A stretch of 64,000 nt of DNA, taken from assembly GCA_963665615.2 (NCBI GenBank), contig CAXXQE010000006.1:585165-649164 (forward strand), read 5' to 3'. The position numbers were made by a program, and so were the translations under genes. Numbering within the stretch: the first letter of the stretch is position 1; every line of letters begins with the position of its first letter. The stretch comes from Syntrophales bacterium (GTDB taxonomy: Bacteria > Desulfobacterota > Syntrophia > Syntrophales > UBA4778). A model generated the notes under the pieces. That model was not told the DNA's origin. It did not search any database and worked only from the letters and a program-made list of their open reading frames with translations. Positions 34,435-44,505 of the stretch are shown here, piece after piece.

Positions 34435-35835
34435 CTATTTTCCTAAATCCTTCAGGATCAAGTCCGCGCACTTCATGCCGCTCAATGCAGCGCCGTTGAT
34501 CGCCAACCCGCGCCCCAGATAGGTGTCCCCTGCAAAGAACAGATTCGGAATACCCGGCGCCTGCAGGGCCGGCTTGAAATTGCCCACCAGACCCGGCTGA
34601 CGCGCCAGACCGTCGCAACCGTCTACGTAATACGGCAATCGCCACTCCAGCTTCTCCTCCAGACCCGGGAACATCTCTTTCAAGTCTTCCCACATCAGCT
34701 TCAGCAGACGCTCTCTTTCAAACTTGTCAGACGCCTCCGCATGCTCCACAACGATGTCCGTGTGGAACAGCTGCTTGCCCGCCGGCGCCACCGCATCGGT
34801 AAAGTTCGATACGGGGCAACCCTGGAAGGGAAAGCCGCTGTGCTTCAACTTCAACGCACTGTAAAAAACCTTCTTGTTCGGATCCACCAACGGTTCTTTC
34901 GTACCGAACAGGAATCCGATCAGACCGGTGACTTCATGCTGGATGTCCTCTATGCGCTTGATCCACCACCTGGGCAGCGGACTCGTCTTCGGATTGAAAT
35001 CAAGAACCTTGGAAAGTTTGTAGATGGGAAGGGCGCAAACCACGCGATCTGCGGCGATGAACTCTGTCTCGTAAATGCGGTATTCTTCCTGGTAGATGTG
35101 CTTGGCCGAGGGCACGCGAACGCCGATGGCTCTTTTGTCCTGAACGACGACTTCCTGAACGTCGCAGTTGAGGCGGATCTCGCCGCCGTTTTCCTTGATG
35201 ACTTCGACTAAACCGCGGGTCAAGCCTTCCATCCCGTCAATCGGGTAGCTGGCCGCCAACGCCTGACGGATCTTGAGAAGATTGTGCTTCGCGATCCACA
35301 ACACCTCCCCCGCCGCCATGTCGATGGCATTGGGTATGGTCGTCATGATCATCCCCAGATCGGTCAAAAGCTCCCGCACCGCCTGCTGCGGAACATTCTC
35401 AACCATCCACTCTTCCAGCGACCGGTTGTCCCACTTCTCGATCTCGGCGTCGCTCAACGTCGCGATCGCCTGCAGCAGATCCCGGAAGGCGATCTTGTCG
35501 TCCTTGGTCATGGGAACCAGTTCCGCGATGTTGATGAACTGCTCCCCCGTCCATATGTCCACCGTCTCGCTAAACGGACCCCACGCTACCTGCTTCCCAA
35601 CACGCTCGTTCAACTCCGTACACGAGGCCTTGTCCCCCAGCTCCACCACATGCAAACCGATATCCGCTCGCCAGCCCGGACCCGGATAACCTTCATAACT
35701 CATCGTCCGGCCACCAATCTTCGGAAACCGGTCTAACACCAATACCTTCTGCTTCCCCTCTTTCGCTAATATCGCCCCGACACCCAACCCCGCTATCCCT
35801 GCACCAACAATAATCACATCGTATCTATCTTCCAC
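34435..35835 (-). CDS. FAD/NAD(P)-binding oxidoreductase (phytoene-desaturase/amine-oxidase-like family)
   Basis: ORF 34435..35871. The preferred start is GTG at 35835 (VEDRYDVIIVGAGIAGLG...) with GAAGGAAGGA upstream. It has a GxGxxG dinucleotide fold followed by VLVLDRFPKIGGR. Confidence 0.85.
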   Translation of the reverse strand: MEDRYDVIIVGAGIAGLGVGAILAKEGKQKVLVLDRFPKIGGRTMSYEGYPGPGWRADIGLHVVELGDKASCTELNERVGKQVAWGPFSETVDIWTGEQFINIAELVPMTKDDKIAFRDLLQAIATLSDAEIEKWDNRSLEEWMVENVPQQAVRELLTDLGMIMTTIPNAIDMAAGEVLWIAKHNLLKIRQALAASYPIDGMEGLTRGLVEVIKENGGEIRLNCDVQEVVVQDKRAIGVRVPSAKHIYQEEYRIYETEFIAADRVVCALPIYKLSKVLDFNPKTSPLPRWWIKRIEDIQHEVTGLIGFLFGTKEPLVDPNKKVFYSALKLKHSGFPFQGCPVSNFTDAVAPAGKQLFHTDIVVEHAEASDKFERERLLKLMWEDLKEMFPGLEEKLEWRLPYYVDGCDGLARQPGLVGNFKPALQAPGIPNLFFAGDTYLGRGLAINGAALSGMKCADLILKDLGK

Positions 35836-35893
35836 GAGTCGTCCTTCCTTCTTTTTTAATTTTACAGACAATTATCTAAAATGTTTTAAGAAA

Positions 35894-35909
35894 AGCAAAA
35901 CATGTACCA
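35894..35909 (-). promoter_or_regulatory. Sigma-54 (-24/-12) promoter candidate P3 for the FAD oxidoreductase gene
   Basis: The reverse strand reads TGGTACatgttTTGCT in exact register. The inverted repeat TGTTAATAT-N8-ATATTGACA (35984-36009) lies about 75-100 nt upstream. Confidence 0.55.
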
Positions 35910-36202
35910 CTGCTAATTTTTACATAATATCGATACAATACGGGGGTTCCTCTATCGTCAACCCACACCGGAATATTAGCAACTGTTAATATATCAGCAA
36001 ATATTGACACATCATTTGAACAGGATCACATTTTAACAAGGCCCACGGTTTTCAATGCCCAAGGCATGCATGGCTGCTAAAATGAATATGTCAATCAGCG
36101 GCCGGCGTCTGATTCGAATCCTTACTGCGCAGTGAACAGGTTTGGGTGAACCAAACCAGAACGCCTGCCCTGCGCGTTTTAGACGAACGTATCGAAATGT
36201 CC

Positions 36203-36991
36203 TTATCGCTTCGCTACGATCAGCATCCATTCCTGCAAGAGGTTTAATCGGCGCGTTTGAACTTCTTCCAACAATTCGTCCAATTTGACCAGCCTCTCCG
36301 AAGGTGAATATTTGGGGAAGAGACCTGCCAGCAGTGCCGGTATCGCATAGATGTCTCTGAGTGTCTCCTCCGGCAGAGAAATCTGGATAAGGGTGTTAGC
36401 AACGCCAAAAAATAACCCCTCCAAGTAGTTCCGCAGCTTATCGTTATGAACAATTCCCGGAAGCCCCGACAAGGTGAGAATGGGCGTGTTGTCGCTGTCC
36501 CGAACCCCGAGAATCATGCTGGCTGCGACAACGCCACCTCCCTTTAACACCATCTGCGCCTGCCCCAAAGCCTGTTCCTGCCTTGGCAGGAGGAATAGGG
36601 ACGCTGGATAAATGACCAGATCAAAGTGCTCCCGTGGGAAATACTCCGCCAGTCGCTCCGCGTCCCCGCAAACAAACTCAACCTCCGGGCACTGCACCCG
36701 GGCGGCCTCCAGCATGTTCCGGGATAAATCAAGACCCGTCAGGACTGCTTGCTTAAACCTTCTTTGAAGACGCTTTGTTGAATTGCCAATGCCGCAGCCG
36801 ACATCCAGAATCTTAAGCGGCTGTTGCTCCCAGCCAGGCGGAACCGAAGCTGCTTCAAAAATATAATCCATCAGATGATCGGTTAACTTGCCGTAAAAAT
36901 CGTGCTTCTCTTCAAACTGCACATACTGCTCTTTACTGACGTCGAAATTGGACCGGACCTGGTCCTTGAACCGGTTAGCAAAATCTGTCAT
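36203..36991 (-). CDS. Class I SAM-dependent methyltransferase
   Basis: ORF 36203..37090. The ATG at 36991 (MTDFANRF...) has GGAGG 7 nt upstream. Motif I ILDVGCGIGNST. Confidence 0.8.
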   Translation of the reverse strand: MTDFANRFKDQVRSNFDVSKEQYVQFEEKHDFYGKLTDHLMDYIFEAASVPPGWEQQPLKILDVGCGIGNSTKRLQRRFKQAVLTGLDLSRNMLEAARVQCPEVEFVCGDAERLAEYFPREHFDLVIYPASLFLLPRQEQALGQAQMVLKGGGVVAASMILGVRDSDNTPILTLSGLPGIVHNDKLRNYLEGLFFGVANTLIQISLPEETLRDIYAIPALLAGLFPKYSPSERLVKLDELLEEVQTRRLNLLQEWMLIVAKR

Positions 36992-37155
36992 CCGCACACC
37001 TCCAATCACTCCTAGCGCTTCTAGACCTACCATATTCAATCCGACTTGCATACACCAAAACACCCCGCCAGACCGCTTGCCTCCGGGCATATTCGGTGCT
37101 AAAGAAGGCCATCAAGGCAATCCATTTCTCGGGAGAAAAGGAGCGGTGATCTTCC

Positions 37156-37602
37156 ATGAAATATTCTCAAGCAAAGCAGGGCAGGATCTTTATCATTCGC
37201 CTCGAAGATGGCGAAATCATCCATGAGGTCATTGAATCCTTTGCCCGCCAACAGAATATACGGGCAGCGGCCCTGATCGCCCTGGGCGGGGCGGATCGGG
37301 AAAGCCATCTCGTCGTAGGCCCTAAGGAAGACCGTGCCCTGCCGGTTGAACCGATGACTCATATCCTGAACAACGCTCACGAAATCGCCGGGACGGGCAC
37401 CCTCTTTCCGGATGAAAAGGGCAATCCCATCCTGCATATGCATGCGGCCTTCGGCCGCGGGGACCGAACCGTTACGGGCTGCATCCGCGCCGGCGTAAAG
37501 GTCTGGCGCGTCGTCGAAGTCATCCTGATGGAACTGGTGGATACGAAAGCGGTCCGCAGGGTTGAGCCACCAACCAACTTCAGCCTCCTGCAACCGGAAT
37601 AA
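37156..37602 (+). CDS. PPC (DUF296) domain protein
   Basis: 148 aa. GRIFIIRLEDGEIIHEVIESFARQQNIRAAALIALGG and ...HMHAAFG are typical of the PPC/DUF296 fold. Confidence 0.75.
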   Translation: MKYSQAKQGRIFIIRLEDGEIIHEVIESFARQQNIRAAALIALGGADRESHLVVGPKEDRALPVEPMTHILNNAHEIAGTGTLFPDEKGNPILHMHAAFGRGDRTVTGCIRAGVKVWRVVEVILMELVDTKAVRRVEPPTNFSLLQPE

Positions 37603-37904
37603 GTCTGAGCAGACGGCGTCATCTTTCCTTCCGCGGGTTTCTCGGGCTTGTCATTTCACGGATTTTGCCGCAGCAGATGCTTTGCCCCCTCCGCCGCCGA
37701 AAAGACGCGACCACGCCCTTCCTCCCTGTCAAAAGATCCTCCATCGCTTCACAATTTTGATTGACACCAAACAGGTCTGGCGACAGAATAAGTCGTTCAA
37801 TCGGGCGATACTGAATAAGGCAAATCATTTCATCGACGTTTTGCGTCTCGCGATTACCAGCGCCGGTCTTTCCCGATAACATAAACCGTTTAACAGGTTC
37901 ACCC

Positions 37905-38756
37905 ATGTCGAATCGCTACATCCTCCTGCTCGTTTTTTTTCTTCTGTTCTGTTTCATGCCGCTCCGCGCGTCGGCCTTTACTCACGCTACGCCTGAATTT
38001 ACCGCCTTCGCATCGGAGCTCAAACAACACTTCGCCAAACTGGGATGGACCGATCTGCACCCGGAGCGCGTTGCCTGGTCTTATTACAGAAAAACGCAGC
38101 TCAAGCGGCCCCTCATCTTCTCCACCTTCGGGGAGGACGACAAAGACATCATCCTGCTGCTGGCAGGTGTGCACGGCGACGAAAGCCCTTCAGTTTACGT
38201 TATGTTCCGACTGGCCGAGTTTTTGAAAGACCATCCGGAGTTGTACCGAAACAAGAAGATCATCCTGGCCCCCCTGGTCAATCCAGACGGCTTTTTCAAG
38301 CCGACACAGACAAGAACCAATGCATCCGGGGTCGATATCAACCGTAACTTCCCGACCCGGGACTGGCACCCGGGGAAACGAAACCGCTACTACCCGGGCC
38401 CCACGGCTAGCAGCGAAAACGAGACCAAATTTCAGATCGCCCTGCTCAACCACTACCGGCCATCGCGGATCATCAGCGTTCATTCGCCGCTGGGATGTTA
38501 CGACTACGACGGTCCCTGTTCGAACATCGACGCCATGATGGTCTGGCTTAAAAAAATGAGCAAGGACAGCGGCCTGCCCCTAAGGCGCTACAAGGTCTTC
38601 CCGGGGTCTCTCGGAAATTATGCTGGAATGGAACGCAAGATCCATACCCTGACGATTGAATTGCCGTCGTCGGCGCCCAATCAGGGACAGATCTCTTTCG
38701 ATCGTCTGCGTAAAACGTTTATCAGCATGACGGAGTTGGCCTTCTTATCAAAATGA
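37905..38756 (+). CDS. Secreted M14-family zinc carboxypeptidase / MpaA-like murein peptide amidase
   Basis: Signal peptide MSNRYILLLVFFLLFCFMPLRASA. Zinc and catalytic motifs GVHGDES, DINRNFP, SVHSP, and ...LTIELP. Confidence 0.8.
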   Translation: MSNRYILLLVFFLLFCFMPLRASAFTHATPEFTAFASELKQHFAKLGWTDLHPERVAWSYYRKTQLKRPLIFSTFGEDDKDIILLLAGVHGDESPSVYVMFRLAEFLKDHPELYRNKKIILAPLVNPDGFFKPTQTRTNASGVDINRNFPTRDWHPGKRNRYYPGPTASSENETKFQIALLNHYRPSRIISVHSPLGCYDYDGPCSNIDAMMVWLKKMSKDSGLPLRRYKVFPGSLGNYAGMERKIHTLTIELPSSAPNQGQISFDRLRKTFISMTELAFLSK

Positions 38757-40069
38757 AAAAATCGGATCCGAAAAGAATCGACGCCCCCCCGCCAACACCA
38801 GCAATGCAAGGCCGAACTACCAAGGGCACAGCTCGTCCTTCGGCGACGCTGGCAACGCGTTATCGGCTCATCATGGACCATGCCCGCGATATCATCCTCT
38901 TCGTCCGCAGACGCGACGGAGGGATCTTGGAGGCCAATGCAGCCGCCCTCAAGACCTACGGTTACACGCGCGATGAAATCCTGCGTCTGACCATTTTCGA
39001 CCTTCGGATCCCCAAAGAACGCCGGCAGGTCAGCGTCCAGATGGAAAAGGCGGATATAGCCCCCAGCGGCATCCTCTTCGAAACCGTGCATATCCGCAAG
39101 GACGGAACTACTTTCCCGGTTGAGGTCAGTTCCCGAAGCATCCATATCGGCAGCGAGGCGATCCTGTTGAGCATCGTTCGCGATATTGCCGACCGGAAAA
39201 AGACGGAAGAGAAGATGCGCTCCAGCGAAGAAACCCTGCGTGCCCTGGTAAACGCAACTGCAGAGGCCTTTTTTCTCATGAACACCAACGGCGTCCTACT
39301 GCAAGTCAATGAAGCCATGACCAGATGGTTGGGCTTTGAACACCCGGAAGAAATCATCGGGAAGAACCATTACGATCTGGTTCCCGCAATATACGCCGCA
39401 CAGAGCCGGGCACAGGTTGACAAGGTCCTTCAGACCGGCAAGCCCCTGCGATTCGAAGACAGGCGCGGAGGACGCCATATCAATCACGTTCTCTACCCAC
39501 TTTTCGACGATGCCGGTCGGGTGGACCGCATCGCAGCGTTCGGGTCGGACATCACAGAATACCGACGGCTGGAAGAGAAGCTGCACCTGCAGGCCCTGAC
39601 CGATCAGTTGACGGGCCTGTACAACCGGCGGGGATTTTACTTTCTTGCCGAACAGCAGCTGAAGGTCGCCAAACGCACGGGCGGCAAGATCGTCCTGTTT
39701 TATATCGATCTGGACGGCATGAAGGAGATCAACGATACCCTCGGTCATGCCGAAGGAGACAAAGCACTGATCGCAGCAGCCCGCATCCTCCGAGAGACCT
39801 TCCGGGAAGCCGACACCATCGCCCGACTGGGAGGGGACGAATTCGCCGTGCTGGCGGTGAATATCAAGGCCGAATTCCGCCGGACGTTGATTGATCGTCT
39901 CTATGCCCGTATCAACACCTATAACGCGGCGAGGACTAGACGTAAGTTTAAACTGTCGATGAGCCTCGGCATTGCTGAATTCCAGAAAGGCAACGCCGCC
40001 TCGCTTCAGGACCTCATCTCCAGGGCAGACAAGTTAATGTATTTACAGAAGAAGAAAAAGAAGGGATAG
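38753..40069 (+). CDS. PAS/PAS-GGDEF diguanylate cyclase
   Basis: The ATGA overlaps the preceding stop. Two PAS-like segments, then LTGLYNRRGF, an RLGGDEFAV active site and an RxxD-like I-site context. Confidence 0.9.
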   Translation: MKKSDPKRIDAPPPTPAMQGRTTKGTARPSATLATRYRLIMDHARDIILFVRRRDGGILEANAAALKTYGYTRDEILRLTIFDLRIPKERRQVSVQMEKADIAPSGILFETVHIRKDGTTFPVEVSSRSIHIGSEAILLSIVRDIADRKKTEEKMRSSEETLRALVNATAEAFFLMNTNGVLLQVNEAMTRWLGFEHPEEIIGKNHYDLVPAIYAAQSRAQVDKVLQTGKPLRFEDRRGGRHINHVLYPLFDDAGRVDRIAAFGSDITEYRRLEEKLHLQALTDQLTGLYNRRGFYFLAEQQLKVAKRTGGKIVLFYIDLDGMKEINDTLGHAEGDKALIAAARILRETFREADTIARLGGDEFAVLAVNIKAEFRRTLIDRLYARINTYNAARTRRKFKLSMSLGIAEFQKGNAASLQDLISRADKLMYLQKKKKKG

Positions 40070-40306
40070 AACTCGCCGAAACAGTTTCAATCTCCAGCTT
40101 CTTTATGAAAGAATTGTCAGCTTTCTTTACAAAAATTTACAAAACCGATCGGAATTCCTACTATTCTGTTATTATTAAGTTTTAGTAAATTGATGCGTTT
40201 ATTTTTTTACCTTCTCTTTGTAATGACCCGCAAATGCTTTACACATTTTACCCTTTTTCCCAATGGCATCTCATAAAAACAATACAAATACAGATAGATA
40301 GAAGCA

Positions 40307-40322
40307 TGGCATGGCATATGCT
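40307..40322 (+). promoter_or_regulatory. Sigma-54 (-24/-12) promoter candidate P6 upstream of the PEP-CTERM protein gene
   Basis: TGGCATggcatATGCT in exact register, about 270 nt upstream of the ATG at 40595. Confidence 0.45.
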
Positions 40323-40594
40323 GCGTTTTAAGAAATAAAGGGAACGCACGTTACGTTTTCTTCTTCTTTCTCGACGCAAAGCTTCTGAAGACACTACCAC
40401 AACGATCTCCTCTTACTCCGATTATTGAAAAGCGAACCTGACATTGATCATTGAGCTCACCAGCGTTTCTAATATGGTTTAGTTTGCTGCCCGTTTTGAA
40501 GTGAAGAAAGGGGGGATGGAATCAGGCACGCAATCTTGGGATAGTATTTTATTGGAAAGCATCTGAACAATAATCGAGAAAGGAGGGTCCCCGG

Positions 40595-41887
40595 ATGAAA
40601 AAATTTAGAGAATTCATTACGCTGAGTCTGTTTTTCTTTGCCGCGTTCACCTACCTGGCAACACCAACCTGGGCCGCAACAGAGGCGCAAAAACAGACAG
40701 CAATTGATGGGGGGCTTGCCTACCTGGCAAGCATTCAAAACGCCGACGGCTCATGGAATTATGCCTATGACGGCTCACGAGCATCGGCTACCGGCGCGGC
40801 CCTTTTGGCTTTTACAGAACAGAAGTACAAGCCGCTTGGCTGGAATGGAGCCGACTACTCGTCCGTGGTCACCAAAGCAACTCAGTACCTGCTGAACAAC
40901 GCTCACGCTTACGATATCAGCGGGGGAGCGTGGTTCGGGAACTCCAGCAAGGACGGGAGCAATCAAGGGCTGAGTTTTGGGTACGGAACCGGGGAGGAAA
41001 CGTATATTACCGGTATCGTACTTCCGGCCCTTTCACGGCTGACCGCGGGAATCGTTACCCCTGGCACAGTCATTTCCAGCCCTAATGCAGCGGTCAACGG
41101 CCTGACCTACGGCCAGGTGATCCAGCGTACCGTTGACATGTTTGCCTGGGGGCAAAATGGCGGCACCAATCAGTGGTATGACGGCGGCTGGCGATATACG
41201 CCGAAGCAGGCCTCCGCAGATGGGTCGACCACCCAATGGCCTGCCATAGGCACGCTCTTTGCTCAAGCCGCTGGAGCGACCGCCTGGTCGCAGACAAAAA
41301 CAGAACTGGTTAAATGGATGAAGTACGACCAGTACGCTGCTGCAGGATTTTACAATGGCGCCTCAGGCTATGATCAGCCCGGCTATATCCCGAACGCATC
41401 AAAGACCGGCGGCTTCCTGGTGGAGGTTGCCTTTACGGGACATGACACGGCACTGGATGGCATGCCCGGCAAGGCCGGCGCTCTCGCTTTTCTGAATCGC
41501 GACTGGCAGGAGGGGGCCAATGGCACCTGGGATGGCAATTTCGGTCACCCCTATGCGATGTGGTCTGTGTACAAAGGACTTGCCTCGACGATCGGTCTCA
41601 GCGACGATACGTTCATCACCAATCTCCACGCGCCCGGTGTGATGGATCCCGGTGATGAGTGGAACTGGTGGGAAGATTATTGTGAATACCTCGTGGATAC
41701 GCAGAGCGGCAATGGCTCCTGGGACGGCTATTCATACTGGTATGGTCCTATGGCAACCGCCTGGTACATCAATATTCTGAACGCCACGGAGATCCCCAAC
41801 AACAATGTTCCCGAGCCGACTACCCTGCTCTTGCTCGGCCTGGGCCTCGTCGGACTCACGGGACTGAAGCGAACATTCCACAGCTGA
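40595..41887 (+). CDS. PEP-CTERM-anchored secreted protein with prenyltransferase/terpenoid-cyclase-like alpha/alpha-toroid repeats
   Basis: Signal peptide. The GGLAYLASIQNADGSW repeat motif recurs. The C-terminal VPEPTTLLLLGLGLVGLTGLKRTFHS is a canonical PEP-CTERM sorting signal. Confidence 0.85.
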   Translation: MKKFREFITLSLFFFAAFTYLATPTWAATEAQKQTAIDGGLAYLASIQNADGSWNYAYDGSRASATGAALLAFTEQKYKPLGWNGADYSSVVTKATQYLLNNAHAYDISGGAWFGNSSKDGSNQGLSFGYGTGEETYITGIVLPALSRLTAGIVTPGTVISSPNAAVNGLTYGQVIQRTVDMFAWGQNGGTNQWYDGGWRYTPKQASADGSTTQWPAIGTLFAQAAGATAWSQTKTELVKWMKYDQYAAAGFYNGASGYDQPGYIPNASKTGGFLVEVAFTGHDTALDGMPGKAGALAFLNRDWQEGANGTWDGNFGHPYAMWSVYKGLASTIGLSDDTFITNLHAPGVMDPGDEWNWWEDYCEYLVDTQSGNGSWDGYSYWYGPMATAWYINILNATEIPNNNVPEPTTLLLLGLGLVGLTGLKRTFHS

Positions 41888-41909
41888 TAACATCCATCAG
41901 TATATTCCA

Positions 41910-41944
41910 ACGAGAAGGGGAGCCCCAAGGGCTCCCCTTCTCGT
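41910..41944 (+). terminator. Terminator-like hairpin after the PEP-CTERM gene
   Basis: 16-bp perfect stem: ACGAGAAGGGGAGCCC-caa-GGGCTCCCCTTCTCGT. No U-tract. Confidence 0.55.
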
Positions 41945-42072
41945 CATAGACCATCCCATCCGACATTAAGCGACTCCTTCGCTGAATATCGAGCATTGAC
42001 ACCGCCCTGCGTTCCTCATATATTTGCCGAACCGATCCGAACCCAAGTCGCTATATGAACAGGAGGATGACG

Positions 42073-43134
42073 ATGTGTCCCCATCCACATTACCGATCCC
42101 AAAAAACGGGGTTGGCACCCGGCAGCCTGGTGCATGTCGGCAGGCAATTTTCAGAAGAGACCGCCATCACACTGATCCGGTATGATGAGACCGGCATCAT
42201 CGAAAAGCCCATTGCGTCCATAGCAGATCTCAAGACAGAGAAGGATCTACCTGGCGTCAGTTGGGTCAATATCGACGGCCTCAAAAATATCGCAATGCTT
42301 GGAGAGCTTGGCGAGATTTTCTGTCTGCATCCTCTTATCCTCGAAGACATTCTCAATACGGAGCAACGCCCGAAGATAGAGGACATGACGGATTACCTCT
42401 ACGTCGTCCTGCGAAACTTTCACAATCATACGGGCGACACCGTGCTTTCGGAACAGGTCAGTCTGGTCCTCGGGAAGCATTTTGTCCTGTCCTTTCAGGA
42501 AAAGCCGAGTACCCTCTTCGACTCGGTCCGCGAAAGGTTGCGCACCGCCAAGGGCAGGCTCCGCAAGGCGGGCAGCGACTATCTGTTGCATGCCCTTATC
42601 GACAACGTCGTCGACAACTACTTCATCCTGCTCGAAGACATCGAAGACCGGATCGAGCAGATCGAAGACGGCCTGGTGCGCCGTCCGACCCCCCAGAAAC
42701 TTCAGGCGCTCCACCGTCTAAAACGGGAGTTGATCCTCCTTCGAAAGGCCATCTGGCCCCTGAGGGAAACGGTCAGTTCGCTGCAACGAGCCGACTCGCC
42801 GCTGATCGAGGGATCCAACGCCCTCTACTTCAAGGACATCTTCGACCACATCATCGCCATCATCGATACCGTGGACACCTTCCGCGACATGCTCTCCGGC
42901 ATGCTCGACCTTTACCTCTCCACGATCAGCATCCGCCTCAACGAGGTCATGAAGGTCCTGACCATCATCGCGACGATCTTTATGCCACTGAGCTTCATCG
43001 TCGGAATCTACGGCATGAATTTCGAATTCATCCCGGAACTGAAATGGCACTGGGGCTATTTCGCCGTGTGGGGAGTGATGCTAGGGGTGGTTGGGGGAAT
43101 GATGATATACTTCAAAAGAAAGAAATGGATCTAG
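42073..43134 (+). CDS. corA: CorA magnesium/cobalt transporter
   Basis: YGMNF (GMN) motif followed by two C-terminal TM helices. ORF 42055..43134. The ATG at 42073 has AGGAGG 6 nt upstream; 42055 is the alternative. Confidence 0.9.
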   Translation: MCPHPHYRSQKTGLAPGSLVHVGRQFSEETAITLIRYDETGIIEKPIASIADLKTEKDLPGVSWVNIDGLKNIAMLGELGEIFCLHPLILEDILNTEQRPKIEDMTDYLYVVLRNFHNHTGDTVLSEQVSLVLGKHFVLSFQEKPSTLFDSVRERLRTAKGRLRKAGSDYLLHALIDNVVDNYFILLEDIEDRIEQIEDGLVRRPTPQKLQALHRLKRELILLRKAIWPLRETVSSLQRADSPLIEGSNALYFKDIFDHIIAIIDTVDTFRDMLSGMLDLYLSTISIRLNEVMKVLTIIATIFMPLSFIVGIYGMNFEFIPELKWHWGYFAVWGVMLGVVGGMMIYFKRKKWI

Positions 43135-43146
43135 GGCAGGCTATTG
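43126..43146 (+). repeat. Copy of the 21-nt motif GCAGGSTRTTGAAAAAGGCTC immediately after corA
   Basis: GCAGGCTATTGAAAAAGGCTC is 20/21 identical to the reverse complement of 57042-57062. A degenerate inverted partner may lie at 43274-43297. Confidence 0.6.
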
Positions 43147-43564
43147 AAAAAGGCTCATATGCTGAGTCTGTCCTCGCGCAGACGGGGATTGCGCCTCAAA
43201 TTTCGCACGCTCACATACGCCAACTGTATGCTCCGCCGCTCAATTCCCCCCGATAACAAACTCGGGACAAGCGCACCGTCTTGTCTCTGAACCTTCTTGC
43301 ACGCCTGAAAAAATATGAGCTATCGCAGCAACTCTGAAAATTCTCAGTTCTCTAATCGTTACCGAATACTGACACCCTTTGGAATTGTACTTGATACTGC
43401 GTGACGTTCATCAGATCTGATAAAAATTCGATAGCACTTGCCAATGTTTGAAATAAAAATAGAACAGCAGTTTACCGATTACCATTTGAATGAGAATGTC
43501 AGAACTCAGCCACGCGGAATCGGAGTTGGTTGTAACAACTGATTTGGCATCTCTTTTCCATGTG

Positions 43565-44071
43565 TTACCAGCGCAACAACTCCTCAGAGTCTGGTTGGTC
43601 CTTATAACCGGCGATCAGTTCCCATTGTCTCTGGAACTCGGCCGCCTGTACCTGTCTCTCGCGAAGTGCCTTCAGCGTCTCTCGCCTGATCAGAACATCG
43701 GCAACGCCGACAACATTTCGGGCGCTTGGGGGCATCCGCCCGAAGTCGCAGAACAGACGCACTTCAGTAAAATCCCACTGAATGCTGATTTCGTCCTTTG
43801 CGAGAGCTGCAAACATCCGCGCAGCGAGACTTTGTTCCAAATCGAGGTTCCGTACGTAATCACTTGGAGGGCGTGCCACCCACACTTCGACATCTAAGCC
43901 ATGCCCATATCCAGGACTCCAGTGGGTGTAGGCTCGTATCTTCTGAACCTGAAAGTCGATCTGCGCCACACGAAGTGTCGCTTCGACCTTGGGACTCATG
44001 AAATTCGGATTCGAAGAGCATCCCTCTATAAGCGCTCCAATGATCAATGCAAAGCAAAGAACTCGTCTCAT
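43565..44071 (-). CDS. Hypothetical lipoprotein
   Basis: ORF 43565..44122. The internal start MRRVLCFALIIGALIEGCSS gives a signal peptide with a lipobox. No family recognised. Confidence 0.55.
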   Translation of the reverse strand: MRRVLCFALIIGALIEGCSSNPNFMSPKVEATLRVAQIDFQVQKIRAYTHWSPGYGHGLDVEVWVARPPSDYVRNLDLEQSLAARMFAALAKDEISIQWDFTEVRLFCDFGRMPPSARNVVGVADVLIRRETLKALRERQVQAAEFQRQWELIAGYKDQPDSEELLRW

Positions 44072-44505
44072 CTTTGTTTCCCTAACAATGTTTATATGAA
44101 TCTCAAATATGAACCTAAACATCGCAATAATTGCGGTATAACACCCCTTGACGGCACTTTATTTTTAATCGATTTCAAACAGTGCTCCTCTTGTTTAATT
44201 GAATCACTAAGGAAGATTTGTGTGAAGCTTCGGGAAAACAGCTGATTCTTTTGCCGGCTCTTAGGTATCAATCCGATATACTTTAAGCGAGTGTGTTGTT
44301 ATCACTTTTTCGAATTCTACCGTATCCTACAACGTTGGCATGTAGACTATTTCAGAAAGTAACACCATTGAATATATCCCCAACTCGATATAACAGATAT
44401 ACACGGAACCGCCTTTTATACCGATATGGCGGCGCCTATTGTGGATCCTGGATTCCAGCCTGAGTGACGAACGTGACGACGTTTTTTCTCTAACCCCATC
44501 ACCTG

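Noticed and set aside
42261-43256. 331-aa plus-strand ORF overlapping corA in another frame
   Set aside because: Its composition is extremely Arg/Pro/Gly-rich and it has no motifs. The overlapping frame encodes a complete CorA with the GMN motif.
44123-44505. Possible promoter or sigma-54 site TTGGCATgtagaCTATT and small ORF 44327..44509 in the gap downstream of metF
   Set aside because: There is no GC at the -12 position. The ORF is short, lacks a ribosome-binding site and overlaps the metF stop region. The gap more likely holds the lipoprotein gene promoter and the metF terminator region.
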